Sequence record: PZ402301.1
Length of the DNA stretch: 64,000 bases
Direction: 5' to 3' (one strand)
Source: a phage
Part shown: one piece after another, positions 48,916 to 63,173 of the stretch
Position numbering within the stretch: position 1 is the first letter of the stretch
Layout: the number at the start of each line of letters is the position of its first letter
The notes under the pieces: model-generated
What the model saw: only the letters and a program-made list of their open reading frames with translations
The model's database searches: none
What the model was told of the DNA's origin: nothing
Translations under genes and position numbers: made by a program

Positions 48916-50898
48916 ATGGCAAATACCCCTGTAAATTATCAATTAACAAGAACAGCAAATGCTATTCCCGAGATATTCGTCGGGGGTACATTTGCTGAAA
49001 TAAAACAAAACCTCATTGAATGGCTTAATGGTCAAAATGAATTTTTGGATTATGATTTTGAAGGCTCAAGATTAAACGTTCTGTGCGACCTTTTGGCTTA
49101 TAATACATTATACATTCAGCAGTTTGGTAATGCTGCCGTATATGAAAGCTTTATGCGTACTGCTAACTTACGTAGTTCAGTAGTTCAAGCGGCGCAAGAT
49201 AATGGATATTTACCTACTTCAAAATCAGCTGCTCAAACTGAAATTATGCTAACTTGTACAGACGCACTGAATAGAAATTACATTACTATTCCTCGTGGTA
49301 CTCGCTTTTTAGCATATGCAAAAGATACTTCAGTTAATCCTTATAACTTTGTATCTACCGAAGATGTTATTGCTATTCGTGATAAAAATAACCAGTATTT
49401 TCCACGTTTAAAATTAGCCCAAGGGCGTATAGTAAGAACTGAAATCATTTATGATAAATTAACACCTATTATCATTTATGACAAAAATATAGATAGAAAC
49501 CAAGTTAAGCTGTATGTTGATGGAGCAGAATGGATTAACTGGACAAGAAAGTCAATGGTTCATGCTGGTTCTACATCAACAATTTACTACATGCGTGAAA
49601 CTATTGATGGAAATACTGAATTTTATTTTGGTGAAGGTGAGATTTCTGTTAACGCGGCAGAAGGAGCATTGACTGCTAATTATATTGGGGGTCTTAAACC
49701 TACCCAGAACTCTACGATTGTTATTGAGTACATCAGTACTAACGGCGCAGATGCGAATGGCGCAGTCGGATTTTCATATGCAGATACATTAACAAATATA
49801 ACTGTCATCAATATTAACGAAAATCCAAATGATGACCCAGATTTTGTTGGGGCAGATGGCGGCGGCGATCCAGAAGATATTGAGCGTATTCGCGAATTGG
49901 GTACTATTAAACGCGAAACCCAGCAACGCTGCGTAACTGCAACCGACTATGATACATTCGTCTCAGAAAGATTCGGTTCTATTATTCAAGCAGTTCAGAC
50001 TTTCACTGATTCTACTAAACCTGGTTATGCATTTATTGCTGCTAAACCTAAATCAGGATTGTATTTAACTACTGTACAACGCGAAGATATTAAAAATTAT
50101 CTCAAAGATTATAATTTAGCTCCTATTACGCCATCAATTATTTCTCCTAATTATCTTTTTATTAAGACTAATTTAAAAGTCACATATGCTTTAAATAAGC
50201 TGCAAGAATCCGAACAGTGGCTTGAAGGTCAAATAATTGATAAAATTGATCGTTATTATACCGAAGATGTAGAAATTTTTAATTCATCTTTCGCTAAATC
50301 TAAGATGTTGACATATGTAGATGATGCAGATCATTCTATTATTGGCTCATCGGCGACAATTCAGATGGTACGTGAAGTACAAAACTTCTATAAAACGCCT
50401 GAAGCGGGTATTAAATACAATAATCAAATAAAAGATCGTTCTATGGAATCTAATACGTTTTCATTTAATTCCGGACGAAAGGTTGTAAATCCTGATACTG
50501 GCTTAGAAGAAGATGTATTATATGACGTTCGTATAGTATCAACAGACCGAGATTCTAAAGGAATTGGTAAAGTTATTATTGGTCCATTTGCTTCTGGCGA
50601 TGTTACAGAAAATGAAAACATTCAGCCATATACAGGCAATGATTTTAATAAATTAGCAAGTTCCGATGGACGCGACAAATACTACGTTATCGGTGAAATA
50701 AATTATCCAGCTGACATGATTTATTGGAATATCGCTAAAATTAATTTAACATCCGATAAATTTGAGGTTCAGACTATTGAGCTATATTCTGATCCAATAG
50801 ACGATGTTATTTTCACACGCGATGGTTCACTGATTGTATTTGAAAATGATTTACGTCCACAATACTTAACTATCGATTTGGAGCCTATATCACAATGA
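48916..50898 (+). CDS. 6: baseplate wedge protein gp6 (660 aa)
   Basis: 660-aa ORF, T4 order and length. Confidence 0.9.
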   Translation: MANTPVNYQLTRTANAIPEIFVGGTFAEIKQNLIEWLNGQNEFLDYDFEGSRLNVLCDLLAYNTLYIQQFGNAAVYESFMRTANLRSSVVQAAQDNGYLPTSKSAAQTEIMLTCTDALNRNYITIPRGTRFLAYAKDTSVNPYNFVSTEDVIAIRDKNNQYFPRLKLAQGRIVRTEIIYDKLTPIIIYDKNIDRNQVKLYVDGAEWINWTRKSMVHAGSTSTIYYMRETIDGNTEFYFGEGEISVNAAEGALTANYIGGLKPTQNSTIVIEYISTNGADANGAVGFSYADTLTNITVININENPNDDPDFVGADGGGDPEDIERIRELGTIKRETQQRCVTATDYDTFVSERFGSIIQAVQTFTDSTKPGYAFIAAKPKSGLYLTTVQREDIKNYLKDYNLAPITPSIISPNYLFIKTNLKVTYALNKLQESEQWLEGQIIDKIDRYYTEDVEIFNSSFAKSKMLTYVDDADHSIIGSSATIQMVREVQNFYKTPEAGIKYNNQIKDRSMESNTFSFNSGRKVVNPDTGLEEDVLYDVRIVSTDRDSKGIGKVIIGPFASGDVTENENIQPYTGNDFNKLASSDGRDKYYVIGEINYPADMIYWNIAKINLTSDKFEVQTIELYSDPIDDVIFTRDGSLIVFENDLRPQYLTIDLEPISQ

Positions 50899-53800
50899 CA
50901 GTAAAAGCACCTTCAGTCACTAGTCTCAGAATTTCCAAGTTATCCGCAAATCAGGTGCAAGTACGCTGGGATGACGTTGGTGCTAATTTCTACTATTTTG
51001 TAGAAATCGCTGAGACAAAAACAAACTCGGGGGAAAATCTCCCGAGTAATCAATACAGATGGATTAACTTAGGATATACTGCAAATAACAGCTTCTTTTT
51101 TGATAACGCTAATCCATTGACATCGTACATTATTAGAGTAGCTACAGCTGCGCAGGATTTTGAGCAGTCTGATTGGATTTATACTGAAGAGTTTGAAACT
51201 TTTGCTACAAACGCTTATACATTTCAAAACATGATTGAAATGCAATTAGCTAATAAATTCATTCAGGAAAAATTTACTCTTAATAATTCTGACTATGTCA
51301 ATTTTAACAATGATACTATAATGGCTGCATTGATGAACGAATCGTTTCAATTCAGCCCATCATATGTTGATGTTTCATCAATAAGTAATTTTATTATTGG
51401 TGAAAATGAGTATCATGAAATACAAGGTTCTATTCAGCAAGTATGTAAGGATATTAACCGAGTTTATTTGATGGAATCAGAAGGGATTCTATATCTTTTT
51501 GAGCGTTATCAACCTGTAGTTAAAGTATCTAATGATAAAGGACAAACTTGGAAAGCTGTAAAACTCTTCAATGACCGCGTAGGATATCCTTTATCTAAGA
51601 CAGTATATTACCAATCTGCAAACACAACATACGTTCTAGGATACGACAAGATTTTCTATGGCCGCAAATCTACTGATGTTAGATGGTCAGCTGATGATGT
51701 CAGATTTAGTTCGCAGGATATAACATTTGCTAAACTTGGCGACCAATTACATCTAGGATTTGATGTAGAAATTTTTGCCACTTACGCGACTTTGCCAGCT
51801 AATGTATACCGCATTGCAGAAGCTATTACTTGCACCGATGATTACATTTACGTTGTCGCCAGAGACAAAGTTAGATACATAAAAACGAGTAATGCACCTA
51901 TAGATTCTGACCCATTATCTCCAACATATTCGGAAAGGCTATTTGAACCTGATACGATGACTATAACTGGAAATCCTAAAGCAGTATGTTATAAAATGGA
52001 TTCTATTGGTGATAAAGTTTTTGCTCTTATTGTTGGAGAAGTTGAAACATTAAATGCTAATCCTAGAACATCAAAAATAATTGATTCTGCCGATAAAGGA
52101 ATATATGTTTTAAATCATGCCACGAAAACATGGAAAAGAGTTTTTGGCAACACTGAAGAAGAAAGAAGACGTATTCAACCTGGATATGCGAATATGTCAA
52201 CTGATGGTAAATTAGTTTCTCTGTCTTCGAGTAATTTTAAATTTTTAAGTGATAACATTGTTAATGACCCTGAAACTGCAGCGAAATATCAGTTAATCGG
52301 TGCTGTTAAATATGAATTTCCTCGTGAATGGCTAGCTGATAAGCATTATCATATGATGGCATTTATAGCAGATGAAAAATCTGATTGGGAAACTTTTACA
52401 CCTCAGCCGATGAAATACTATGCAGAACCATTCTTTAACTGGTCTAAAAAATCTAACACACGCTGTTGGATAAACAACTCTGATAGAGCTGTAGTAGTTT
52501 ATGCTGATTTAAAATACACCAAAGTTATAGAAAATATTCCGGAAACATCACCAGATAGATTAGTTCATGAATACTGGGATGATGGTGATTGTACGATAGT
52601 AATGCCAAATGTTAAATTCACGGGATTTAAAAAATACGCGTCTGGGATGCTTTTTTATAAGTCTTCTGGTGAAATAATTTCTTACTATGATTTTAACTAT
52701 CGAGTGAGAGACACGGTTGAAATAATTTGGAAGCCAACTGGAATATTTTTAAAAGCATTTTTACAAAACCAAGAGCGCGAAACTCCTTGGTCCCCGGAAG
52801 AAGAGCATGGATTAACTGATCCTGATTTAAGACCATTGATTGGCACAATGATGCCTGATTCTTATTTGCTACAGGATTCTAATTTTGAGGCATTCTGCGA
52901 AGCATATATTCAGTATCTTTCTGATGGATATGGAACTCAGTATAATAATTTACGAAATTTAATTCGTAACCAATATCCGCGAGAAGAGCACGCGTGGGAA
53001 TATTTGTGGTCAGAGATATATAAAAGAAACATTTATTTAAATGCTGATAAACGTGATGCTGTTGCAAGATTTTTTGAATCACGTAGCTATGATTTTTATT
53101 CTACTAAAGGAATTGAAGCATCATACAAATTTCTTTTTAAAGTTCTTTATAATGAAGAAGTTGAAATTGAAATTGAATCTGGGGCTGGTACTGAATATGA
53201 TATAATCGTTCAATCTGATTCTTTGACTGAAGATTTAGTAGGACAAACGATTTATACAGCTACAGGAAGATGTAATGTTACTTATATAGAAAGAAGCTAT
53301 TCTAATGGTAAATTGCAATGGACCGTAACTATTCATAATCTTTTGGGAAGATTAATTGCCGGTCAAGAAGTTAAAGCAGAAAGACTCCCTAGTTTCGAAG
53401 GCGAAATTATTCGCGGGGTTAAAGGAAAGGATTTGCTTCAAAATAATATAGACTATATTAATAGAAGTAGATCATATTATGTAATGAAAATTAAATCCAA
53501 TTTACCTTCTTCCCGCTGGAAATCTGACGTTATTCGTTTTGTTCATCCAGTAGGATTTGGATTTATAGCAATTACTCTTTTAACAATGTTTATTAATGTT
53601 GGTTTAACCCTTAAACACACAGAGACTATAATTAATAAATACAAAAACTATAAATGGGATTCTGGATTGCCTACTGAATATGCTGATAGAGTAGCTAAAT
53701 TGACTCCAACCGGTGAAATTGAGCATGATTCGGTAACAGGCGAAGCAATTTATGAACCTGGCCCAATGGCTGGTGTAGAATATCCTCTTCCTGATGACTA

Positions 53801-53993
53801 TAATGCTGAAAATAATAATTCAATATTTCAAGGTCAATTGCCATCTGAACGACGTAAATTAATGAGTCCTCTATTTGATGCATCTGGAACAACATTTGCG
53901 CAATTTAGGGATTTAGTTAATAAACGTCTAAAAGATAATATAGGAAATCCAAGAGACCCTGAAAATCCAACACAGGTTAAAATAGATGAATGA
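50895..53993 (+). CDS. 7: baseplate wedge protein gp7 (1032 aa)
   Basis: 1032-aa ORF, T4 order and length. Confidence 0.9.
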   Translation: MTVKAPSVTSLRISKLSANQVQVRWDDVGANFYYFVEIAETKTNSGENLPSNQYRWINLGYTANNSFFFDNANPLTSYIIRVATAAQDFEQSDWIYTEEFETFATNAYTFQNMIEMQLANKFIQEKFTLNNSDYVNFNNDTIMAALMNESFQFSPSYVDVSSISNFIIGENEYHEIQGSIQQVCKDINRVYLMESEGILYLFERYQPVVKVSNDKGQTWKAVKLFNDRVGYPLSKTVYYQSANTTYVLGYDKIFYGRKSTDVRWSADDVRFSSQDITFAKLGDQLHLGFDVEIFATYATLPANVYRIAEAITCTDDYIYVVARDKVRYIKTSNAPIDSDPLSPTYSERLFEPDTMTITGNPKAVCYKMDSIGDKVFALIVGEVETLNANPRTSKIIDSADKGIYVLNHATKTWKRVFGNTEEERRRIQPGYANMSTDGKLVSLSSSNFKFLSDNIVNDPETAAKYQLIGAVKYEFPREWLADKHYHMMAFIADEKSDWETFTPQPMKYYAEPFFNWSKKSNTRCWINNSDRAVVVYADLKYTKVIENIPETSPDRLVHEYWDDGDCTIVMPNVKFTGFKKYASGMLFYKSSGEIISYYDFNYRVRDTVEIIWKPTGIFLKAFLQNQERETPWSPEEEHGLTDPDLRPLIGTMMPDSYLLQDSNFEAFCEAYIQYLSDGYGTQYNNLRNLIRNQYPREEHAWEYLWSEIYKRNIYLNADKRDAVARFFESRSYDFYSTKGIEASYKFLFKVLYNEEVEIEIESGAGTEYDIIVQSDSLTEDLVGQTIYTATGRCNVTYIERSYSNGKLQWTVTIHNLLGRLIAGQEVKAERLPSFEGEIIRGVKGKDLLQNNIDYINRSRSYYVMKIKSNLPSSRWKSDVIRFVHPVGFGFIAITLLTMFINVGLTLKHTETIINKYKNYKWDSGLPTEYADRVAKLTPTGEIEHDSVTGEAIYEPGPMAGVEYPLPDDYNAENNNSIFQGQLPSERRKLMSPLFDASGTTFAQFRDLVNKRLKDNIGNPRDPENPTQVKIDE

Positions 53994-54990
53994 TTCAAGT
54001 GTTATCTATCGTGCGATAGTTACTTCAAAATTTAGAACAGAAAAAATGTTGAATTTTTATAATTCAATTGGAAGTGGTCCGGATAAAAACACTATCTTTA
54101 TTACATTTGGAAGATCAGAACCGTGGTCATCAAACGAAAATGAGGTGGGATTTGCCCCACCTTATCCCACCGATTCTGTGTTAGGTGTAACTGACATGTG
54201 GACTCATATGATGGGAACCGTGAAGGTTCTTCCATCTATGCTTGATGCAGTTATTCCTCGTCGAGATTGGGGAGATACTAGATATCCGGATCCATACACA
54301 TTTAGAATTAACGATATTGTAGTGTGTAACTCAGCTCCTTACAACGCTACCGAATCAGGCGCAGGCTGGTTAGTATATCGTTGTTTAGATGTTCCTGATA
54401 CTGGAATGTGCTCAATTGAGTCTTTAACTAATAAGGATGAATGCCTTAAGCTAGGTGGAAAATGGACTCCTTCTGTTAGGTCAATGACTCCTCCTGAAGG
54501 TCGAGGAGACGCGGAAGGAACAATCGAACCTGGAGACGGGTATGTATGGGAATATCTTTTTGAGATTCCGCCTGATGTATCTATAAACAGATGCACGAAT
54601 GAATATATCGTGGTTCCTTGGCCTGAGGAATTAAAAGAAGATCCGACTAGATGGGGGTATGAAGATAACCTCACTTGGCAGCAAGATGATTTTGGATTAA
54701 TTTACCGGGTTAAGGCAAATACTATTCGTTTTAAAGCATACTTAGATTCAGTTTATTTTCCTGAAGCTGCATTGCCAGGAAATAAAGGATTTAGACAAAT
54801 ATCGATAATCACGAATCCTCTTGAAGCTAAAGTTCATCCAAATGACCCAAACGTTAAAGCTGAAAAGGATTACTATGATCCGGAAGATTTAATGAGGCAT
54901 TCGGGCGAAATGATTTATATGGAAAATAGGCCACCTATTATTATGGCAATGGATCAAACGGAAGAAATCAATATTCTGTTTACATTTTAA
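53986..54990 (+). CDS. 8: baseplate wedge protein gp8 (334 aa)
   Basis: 334-aa ORF, T4 order and length. Confidence 0.9.
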   Translation: MNDSSVIYRAIVTSKFRTEKMLNFYNSIGSGPDKNTIFITFGRSEPWSSNENEVGFAPPYPTDSVLGVTDMWTHMMGTVKVLPSMLDAVIPRRDWGDTRYPDPYTFRINDIVVCNSAPYNATESGAGWLVYRCLDVPDTGMCSIESLTNKDECLKLGGKWTPSVRSMTPPEGRGDAEGTIEPGDGYVWEYLFEIPPDVSINRCTNEYIVVPWPEELKEDPTRWGYEDNLTWQQDDFGLIYRVKANTIRFKAYLDSVYFPEAALPGNKGFRQISIITNPLEAKVHPNDPNVKAEKDYYDPEDLMRHSGEMIYMENRPPIIMAMDQTEEINILFTF

Positions 54991-54995
54991 ATTAA

Positions 54996-55015
54996 GGGAG
55001 CCCATGGGCTCCCTT
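54996..55015 (+). terminator. terminator hairpin AGGGAGCCCATGGGCTCCCT followed by T-run
   Basis: perfect palindrome then TTTTTCTTT after gp8 stop. Confidence 0.6.
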
Positions 55016-55021
55016 TTTCTT

Positions 55022-55029
55022 TATAAATA
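55022..55029 (+). promoter_or_regulatory. late promoter TATAAATA for gene 9
   Basis: exact TATAAATA about 25 nt upstream of gene 9 ATG. Confidence 0.6.
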
Positions 55030-55053
55030 CTATAAACTCATAAGGAAACCGCT

Positions 55054-55920
55054 ATGTTCATTCAAGAACCAAAGAAATTGATTGATACCGGCGAAATTGG
55101 TAACGCTTCTACTGGTGATATCTTATTCGACGGTGGTAATAAAATTAACAGTGATTTTAATGCAATTTATAACGCGTTTGGCGATCAGCGTAAAATGGCA
55201 GTAGCAAATGGTACTGGTGCTGACGGCCAAATTATCCATGCTACTGGATATTATCAAAAGCATTCTATCACAGAGTATGCAACTCCGGTGAAAGTTGGTA
55301 CTAGACATGATATTGATACCTCTGCTGTAGGTGTTAAAGTTATCATTGAAAGAGGCGAACTTGGTGATTGCGTTGAATTTATTAACTCAAATGGATCTAT
55401 ATCAGTTACCAATCCTTTAACGATTCAAGCGATTGATTCAATTAAAGGTGTTTCAGGTAATTTGGTAGTAACTAGCCCATATAGTAAAGTTACTTTACGT
55501 TGTATTTCATCTGATAATTCTACGTCAGTTTGGAATTATTCTATTGAAAGTATGTTTGGCCAAAAGGAATCACCGGCTGAAGGTACATGGAATATTTCTA
55601 CATCCGGATCAGTTGACATTCCATTATTTCATCGTACTGAATACAATATGGCTAAATTGCTAGTTACGTGTCAATCGGTAGATGGAAGAAAAATTAAAAC
55701 GGCAGAAATAAATATTCTTGTAGATGCTGTTAATTCAACGGTCATTTCTTCTGAATATGCTGTCATGCGGGTTGGGAATGAAACCGAAGAAGACGAAATC
55801 GCTAATATTGCATTTAGTATTAAAGAAAATTATGTAACGGCGACTATAAGTTCTTCAACTGTCGGTATGAGAGCAGCAGTTAAAGTTATCGCTACGCAGA
55901 AAATCGGGGTGGCTCAATAA
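55054..55920 (+). CDS. 9: baseplate protein gp9 (long tail fiber socket, 288 aa)
   Basis: 288-aa ORF, T4 order and length. Confidence 0.9.
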   Translation: MFIQEPKKLIDTGEIGNASTGDILFDGGNKINSDFNAIYNAFGDQRKMAVANGTGADGQIIHATGYYQKHSITEYATPVKVGTRHDIDTSAVGVKVIIERGELGDCVEFINSNGSISVTNPLTIQAIDSIKGVSGNLVVTSPYSKVTLRCISSDNSTSVWNYSIESMFGQKESPAEGTWNISTSGSVDIPLFHRTEYNMAKLLVTCQSVDGRKIKTAEINILVDAVNSTVISSEYAVMRVGNETEEDEIANIAFSIKENYVTATISSSTVGMRAAVKVIATQKIGVAQ

Positions 55921-57725
55921 TGAAACAAAATATTAATATCGGTAATGTTGTTGATGATGGTACCGGTGACTACCTGCGTAAAGGTGGTATAAAAATAAAT
56001 GAAAACTTTGATGAACTTTATTATGAACTTGGTGATGGAGATGTTCCATATTCAGCCGGTGCCTGGAAAACTTATGATGCTTCATCTGGACAAACACTAA
56101 CGGCAGAATGGGGAAAATCATACGCTATTAATACCTCTTCTGGAAGAGTAACTCTACAACTTCCTAAAGGAACTGTTAATGATTACAACAAGGTAATTAG
56201 AGCTAGAGACGTATTCGCTACATGGAACATCAATCCAGTTACTTTAGTAGCTGCTTCCGGAGATACAATTAAAGGATCGTCATCGTCAGTTGAAATTAAT
56301 ATTCAATTTAGTGATTTAGAGCTCGTTTATTGCGCTCCAGGACGCTGGGAGTATGTCAAAAATAAGCAAATTGATAAAATTATTAGTTCAGACATTAGTA
56401 ATGTAGCTCGTAAAGAATTTTTAGTCGAAGTTCAAGGGCAAACAGACTTTTTAGATGTTTTTAATGGAACTAGTTATAATGTCAATAACATCAGAGTAAA
56501 ACATCGTGGTAACGAATTGTATTACGGTGATGTATTTAGCGAAAACAGTGACTTTGGCTCTCCGGGCGAAAATGAAGGCGAATTAGTTCCTCTTGATGGA
56601 TTTAATATTCGATTAAGACAGCCTTGTAATATTGGTGACACTGTTCAAATTGAAACATTTATGGATGGTGTATCACAATGGAGAAGTTCATATACTAGAC
56701 GCCAAATAAAAGTACTAGATTCAAAACTAACATCAAAGACTTCTTTAGAAGGAAGCATTTATGTTACTGATTTATCGGCGATGAAATCAATTCCATTTTC
56801 TGCATTTGGATTAATTCCTGGTGAACCCATTAATCCTAACTCTCTTGAGGTTCGTTTTAATGGAATTTTACAGCAGCAGGCTGGAACAGCTGGATATCCT
56901 CTGTTTTTGTGTGAAGGCGCTAGTTCAGATACACAAGAAGGATGTATATCTCTTGGTGGCGAATGGAAAGAATCAAACACAGATTATTCTATAGAATATG
57001 AAGATGGAAAACCTACCAGTCTTTTATTTGATAGAAAATTTGAATCAGGTGACATTATCGTTATAACATGGTTCAATAACGATTTAGGAACTCTTTTAGA
57101 AAAAGATGACATTATTGAATTGACTGATGACCGCTATGTTAGCAAAGGATCATCTACTGAAGTTACTGGTGATGTGGCCTTAACAGATTTCGATAAAATC
57201 GGTTGGCCAAATGTTGAAAAAGTTGATTCTTATACTAGAACGTATAATTCAATATCATCTATTTTCGATAGCATTTATCCTGTAGGTTCAATTTATGAAA
57301 ATGCTATAAATCCAAATAATCCGGTGACTTATATGGGATTTGGTTCATGGAAATTATTTGGTAAAGGACAAGTTTTAGTAGGATGGAATGATGATGTTAC
57401 GGATCCAAACTTTGCTTTAAACAATAATGATTTAGATTCTAGTGGAAATCCTTCACATACTGCCGGTGGAACGGTTGGAACAACATCAGTAACGCTTGAA
57501 AACGCAAATCTTCCTGCAACTAAAACCGACGAAAGAGTTTTAATTGAAGACGAAAATGGATCGGTTATTATTGGAGGTTGCCAATATGACCCAGATGAAA
57601 CTGGTCCTATATATACAAAATACCGTGAAGATTACGCAACAACAAACTCTTCACATACTCCTCCTGCTAATATTAGTAATATTCAACCGTCTATTACTGT
57701 ATACCGTTGGATAAGGATTGCATAA
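55920..57725 (+). CDS. 10: baseplate wedge protein gp10 (601 aa)
   Basis: 601-aa ORF, T4 order. Confidence 0.9.
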   Translation: MKQNINIGNVVDDGTGDYLRKGGIKINENFDELYYELGDGDVPYSAGAWKTYDASSGQTLTAEWGKSYAINTSSGRVTLQLPKGTVNDYNKVIRARDVFATWNINPVTLVAASGDTIKGSSSSVEINIQFSDLELVYCAPGRWEYVKNKQIDKIISSDISNVARKEFLVEVQGQTDFLDVFNGTSYNVNNIRVKHRGNELYYGDVFSENSDFGSPGENEGELVPLDGFNIRLRQPCNIGDTVQIETFMDGVSQWRSSYTRRQIKVLDSKLTSKTSLEGSIYVTDLSAMKSIPFSAFGLIPGEPINPNSLEVRFNGILQQQAGTAGYPLFLCEGASSDTQEGCISLGGEWKESNTDYSIEYEDGKPTSLLFDRKFESGDIIVITWFNNDLGTLLEKDDIIELTDDRYVSKGSSTEVTGDVALTDFDKIGWPNVEKVDSYTRTYNSISSIFDSIYPVGSIYENAINPNNPVTYMGFGSWKLFGKGQVLVGWNDDVTDPNFALNNNDLDSSGNPSHTAGGTVGTTSVTLENANLPATKTDERVLIEDENGSVIIGGCQYDPDETGPIYTKYREDYATTNSSHTPPANISNIQPSITVYRWIRIA

Positions 57726-58384
57726 TGAGTTTACTTAATAATAAAGCGGGAGTTATTTCCCGCTTAGCAGATTTTCTTGGTTTTAGAACTAAGAAAAATG
57801 ATATTTCGGTTATGAATAATCAGCCAGTAGGCGCTGTAACAATTTCACAAATAGCAAAGGGTTTTTATGACCCAAATGTAGAATCTGCTATCAATGATGT
57901 TAGAAATATGGCAGAGCAACAAGTTGGAGCTGTATTAGTTAATATAAGCGGCGTATCTCCTACTGGCGTGCAGCAAACAGACTATTGGTCATTTGAAGGA
58001 ACTGTTACTGATACTTCAGCCAAACCGGGTGACCCAGTTATTGTTAACATGTTTGGCATTCCTGTTAAAGCTACCAACGGAATGACTTCAATCGAATTTA
58101 CCAGTGCCGTTAGAACAGCTCTACAGGAAATGGTTGCAAAATTTATTGCAATTGATTCATTTGAAGACCATCCTACCATAGGAAATAAAATACAAGTTAA
58201 GTATTTAGATAACCAAGAACATATCTTAGAACAATACTCTGATAAAGGAATTACTTTCAAACAGGAAATAATTTCTCCTTCTAAACCTGGATACGGAACT
58301 TGGCAATTATTAGGTGCGCAAACTGTCACGCTAGATAGTCACACACAACCTACAGTATTTTATTATTTTGAGAGAATAGCATGA
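57725..58384 (+). CDS. 11: baseplate wedge/short tail fiber attachment protein gp11 (219 aa)
   Basis: ATG overlapping gp10 stop (TAATG); 219 aa as T4 gp11. Confidence 0.9.
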   Translation: MSLLNNKAGVISRLADFLGFRTKKNDISVMNNQPVGAVTISQIAKGFYDPNVESAINDVRNMAEQQVGAVLVNISGVSPTGVQQTDYWSFEGTVTDTSAKPGDPVIVNMFGIPVKATNGMTSIEFTSAVRTALQEMVAKFIAIDSFEDHPTIGNKIQVKYLDNQEHILEQYSDKGITFKQEIISPSKPGYGTWQLLGAQTVTLDSHTQPTVFYYFERIA

Positions 58385-59931
58385 GTAACAATACATATCA
58401 GCACGTATCAAATGAATCAAAATATGTTAAATTCGATCCAGTAGGATCGAATTTTCCTGACACTGTCACGACAGTGCAGTCTGCATTATCAAAAATAAGT
58501 AATATCGGCGTAAATGGTATTCCTGATGCAACTATGGAAGTTAAAGGAATAGCAATGATTGCGTCAGAGCAAGAGGTTTTAGATGGAACTAATAATTCTA
58601 AAATCGTTACACCAGCTACATTAGCAACAAGATTATTGTATCCAAATGCTACTGAAACTAAGTATGGTTTAACGCGCTATTCAACAAATGAAGAAACATT
58701 AGAAGGCTCAGATAATAATTCATCAATAACGCCGCAAAAACTGAAATACCATACTGACGATGTGTTCCAAAATAGATATTCGTCTGAGTCATCAAACGGG
58801 GTTATTAAAATATCATCTACACCTGCAGCTTTAGCTGGAGTTGATGATACTACGGCAATGACTCCATTAAAAACGCAAAAACTTGCAATAAAATTAATTT
58901 CACAAATAGCTCCTTCCGAAGATACTGCATCAGAATCTGTGAGAGGTGTAGTTCAATTATCTACTGTTGCGCAAACTCGTCAAGGAACTCTCCGCGAAGG
59001 ATATGCAATTTCTCCGTATACCTTTATGAATTCTGTTGCAACACAAGAATATAAGGGTGTTATACGTTTAGGGACACAATCGGAAATTAACAGTAATTTA
59101 GGAGATGTTGCAGTAACAGGTGAAACACTAAATGGTCGAGGAGCTACTAGTTCTATGCGTGGGGTGGTAAAATTAACGACGCAAGCCGGTATTGCCCCTG
59201 AAGGTGATAGCTCTGGTGCATTAGCATGGAACGCAGATGTAATTAATACTCGTGGTGGACAAACTATTAATGGTTCTTTAAATTTAGACCATCTTACAGC
59301 AAACGGAATTTGGTCGCGCGGCGGAATGTGGAAAAATGGCGATCAACCTGTTGCCACTGAAAGATATGCGTCAGAAAGGGTTCCAGTTGGAACTATTATG
59401 ATGTTTGCGGGAGATTCAGCACCTCCGGGTTGGATTATGTGCCATGGTGGAACAGTGTCAGGAGATCAATATCCTGATTATAGAAACACAGTTGGAACAA
59501 GATTTGGTGGTGATTGGAATAACCCTGGCATTCCTGATATGCGAGGTCTTTTCGTCAGAGGCGCTGGCACGGGCGGTCATATTTTAAATCAACGAGGACA
59601 AGATGGCTATGGGAAGGATAGACTTGGTGTAGGATGCGACGGAATGCATGTTGGTGGCGTTCAGGCACAACAAATGTCATACCATAAACATGCTGGTGGT
59701 TGGGGAGAATACCAAAGACATGAAGCTCCATTTGGTGCGTCCGTTTATCAAGGATATCTTGGAACTAGAAAATATGCCGACTGGGATAATGCTTCATACT
59801 TCACTAATGATGGATTTGAATTGGGTGGACCGAGAGATGCCCTTGGTACACTTAATCGTGAAGGATTAATTGGTTATGAAACTAGACCATGGAATATATC
59901 ATTAAACTATATTATTAAAATTCATTACTAA
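58381..59931 (+). CDS. 12: short tail fiber protein gp12 (516 aa)
   Basis: 516-aa ORF with C-terminal receptor-binding region; T4 order (T4 gp12 about 527 aa). Confidence 0.9.
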   Translation: MSNNTYQHVSNESKYVKFDPVGSNFPDTVTTVQSALSKISNIGVNGIPDATMEVKGIAMIASEQEVLDGTNNSKIVTPATLATRLLYPNATETKYGLTRYSTNEETLEGSDNNSSITPQKLKYHTDDVFQNRYSSESSNGVIKISSTPAALAGVDDTTAMTPLKTQKLAIKLISQIAPSEDTASESVRGVVQLSTVAQTRQGTLREGYAISPYTFMNSVATQEYKGVIRLGTQSEINSNLGDVAVTGETLNGRGATSSMRGVVKLTTQAGIAPEGDSSGALAWNADVINTRGGQTINGSLNLDHLTANGIWSRGGMWKNGDQPVATERYASERVPVGTIMMFAGDSAPPGWIMCHGGTVSGDQYPDYRNTVGTRFGGDWNNPGIPDMRGLFVRGAGTGGHILNQRGQDGYGKDRLGVGCDGMHVGGVQAQQMSYHKHAGGWGEYQRHEAPFGASVYQGYLGTRKYADWDNASYFTNDGFELGGPRDALGTLNREGLIGYETRPWNISLNYIIKIHY

Positions 59932-59940
59932 GGATTACAA

Positions 59941-61398
59941 ATGATTGAATTAAAAGAGTTACCTTTTGTTGATAGCGTTCCTGGCGAAGGTCAGGAACGT
60001 ATTTCATGGATTAAAAATGGTGAAGAAATATTAGGAGCTAGTACTAAGTATGGAAACGATGGGTCAATGAATAGACCAACTGTTTCTGTGTTTAAAAATG
60101 TCGAGGTTCTCGACGAAAATGTAGGAATTCTTAAAACTGCCATTGAAACATCTCAGGAAGATATTAAAACCATTCAAGGCATTTTAGATGTATCAGGAGA
60201 TATAGAAGCGCTATCACAGATCAGTGTTAATAAAAATGATATATCAAATTTAAAGACACTCACGAATGAACATACTGATATATTAAATGGCACAAATACT
60301 ACGGTTGATAATATTCTTTCTGATATTGGTCCATTTAATTCGCAAGCAAATTCAGTTTATAGAACGATTAGAAATGATTTGTTATGGATTAAAAGGGAAT
60401 TAGGACAATATGCTGGGCAAGACATCAATGGTCTTCCTGTTGTAGGAAATAGCAGCACGGGTATGAAGCACCGCATCATTAATAATACAGATGCTATAAC
60501 TTCCCAAGGAATACGTCTAAGTGATTTGGAAGAAAAATTTATTGAATCTGATGTAGGTTCACTGACAATTGAAGTTGGAAATCTTAGACAAGAACTTGGA
60601 CAAAGACCATCTTCATTCAGTGAAAGCATATATTCACGTGTTCATAATTTAGATCAATCGCAGATTAATCTTAGTTCCGAAATTAAATCTATCAAAACTT
60701 CTATTGGATATCCAGGAAATACTTCAATAATCACAGATGTTAACACTAATACACAAGAAATTTCAGCTTTAAATGATGAACTAAATAAAAGCGGAGGTAT
60801 TAAACAACGATTGACTGTCATTGAAACGTCAATTGGCTCAGATGATATTCCTTCTAGTATTAAAGGTCAAATTAAAGATAATACAACATCAATTGAGTTT
60901 TTAAATGGAATTGTTGGTGAAAACACTTCATCTGGACTACGAGCAAACGTTTCATGGCTAAACCAAATCGTTGGAACTGATTCTAGTGGAGGTCAGCCTT
61001 CTCCTCCTGGGTCTCTTTTAAATAGGGTTTCAACTGTTGAAACTTCAGTTAATAGACTGAACAATGATGTTCAAAACTTACAAGTTGAAATTGGTAATAA
61101 CACTACTGGAATTAAAGGCCAAGTTGTTGCACTAAATAAACTAGTAAGCGGCACAAATCCAAATGGTTCAACAGTAGAAGAGCGCGGATTAACTAATTCA
61201 ATAAAAGCTAATGAAACTAACATTTCTTCTATTAATCAAGAAATGCGTAGTATTAAAAGTAATGTATCTTCATTACAGGGGGATGTTCAGACTTTACAGG
61301 AAGCAGGTTATATCCCTGAAGCTCCAAAAGATGGCCAAGCTTACGTTCGTAAAGACGGCGAATGGGTACTACTTTCTACCTTTTTATCACCAGCATAA
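59941..61398 (+). CDS. wac: fibritin (whisker antigen control, wac), 485 aa
   Basis: coiled-coil body with C-terminal foldon [27 protein letters not shown]. Confidence 0.95.
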   Translation: MIELKELPFVDSVPGEGQERISWIKNGEEILGASTKYGNDGSMNRPTVSVFKNVEVLDENVGILKTAIETSQEDIKTIQGILDVSGDIEALSQISVNKNDISNLKTLTNEHTDILNGTNTTVDNILSDIGPFNSQANSVYRTIRNDLLWIKRELGQYAGQDINGLPVVGNSSTGMKHRIINNTDAITSQGIRLSDLEEKFIESDVGSLTIEVGNLRQELGQRPSSFSESIYSRVHNLDQSQINLSSEIKSIKTSIGYPGNTSIITDVNTNTQEISALNDELNKSGGIKQRLTVIETSIGSDDIPSSIKGQIKDNTTSIEFLNGIVGENTSSGLRANVSWLNQIVGTDSSGGQPSPPGSLLNRVSTVETSVNRLNNDVQNLQVEIGNNTTGIKGQVVALNKLVSGTNPNGSTVEERGLTNSIKANETNISSINQEMRSIKSNVSSLQGDVQTLQEAGYIPEAPKDGQAYVRKDGEWVLLSTFLSPA

Positions 61399-61400
61399 CA

Positions 61401-61418
61401 TGGGGCCGCAAGGCCCCA
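61401..61418 (+). terminator. terminator hairpin TGGGGCC-GCAA-GGCCCCA after wac
   Basis: perfect GC stem with tetraloop followed by T-rich tract. Confidence 0.6.
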
Positions 61419-61430
61419 AAGGATTTTTAA

Positions 61431-63132
<1,702 letters not shown>

Positions 63133-63173
63133 TAAATATTATAAACTAATTAAAGCCCAGATTAGGAGAAATC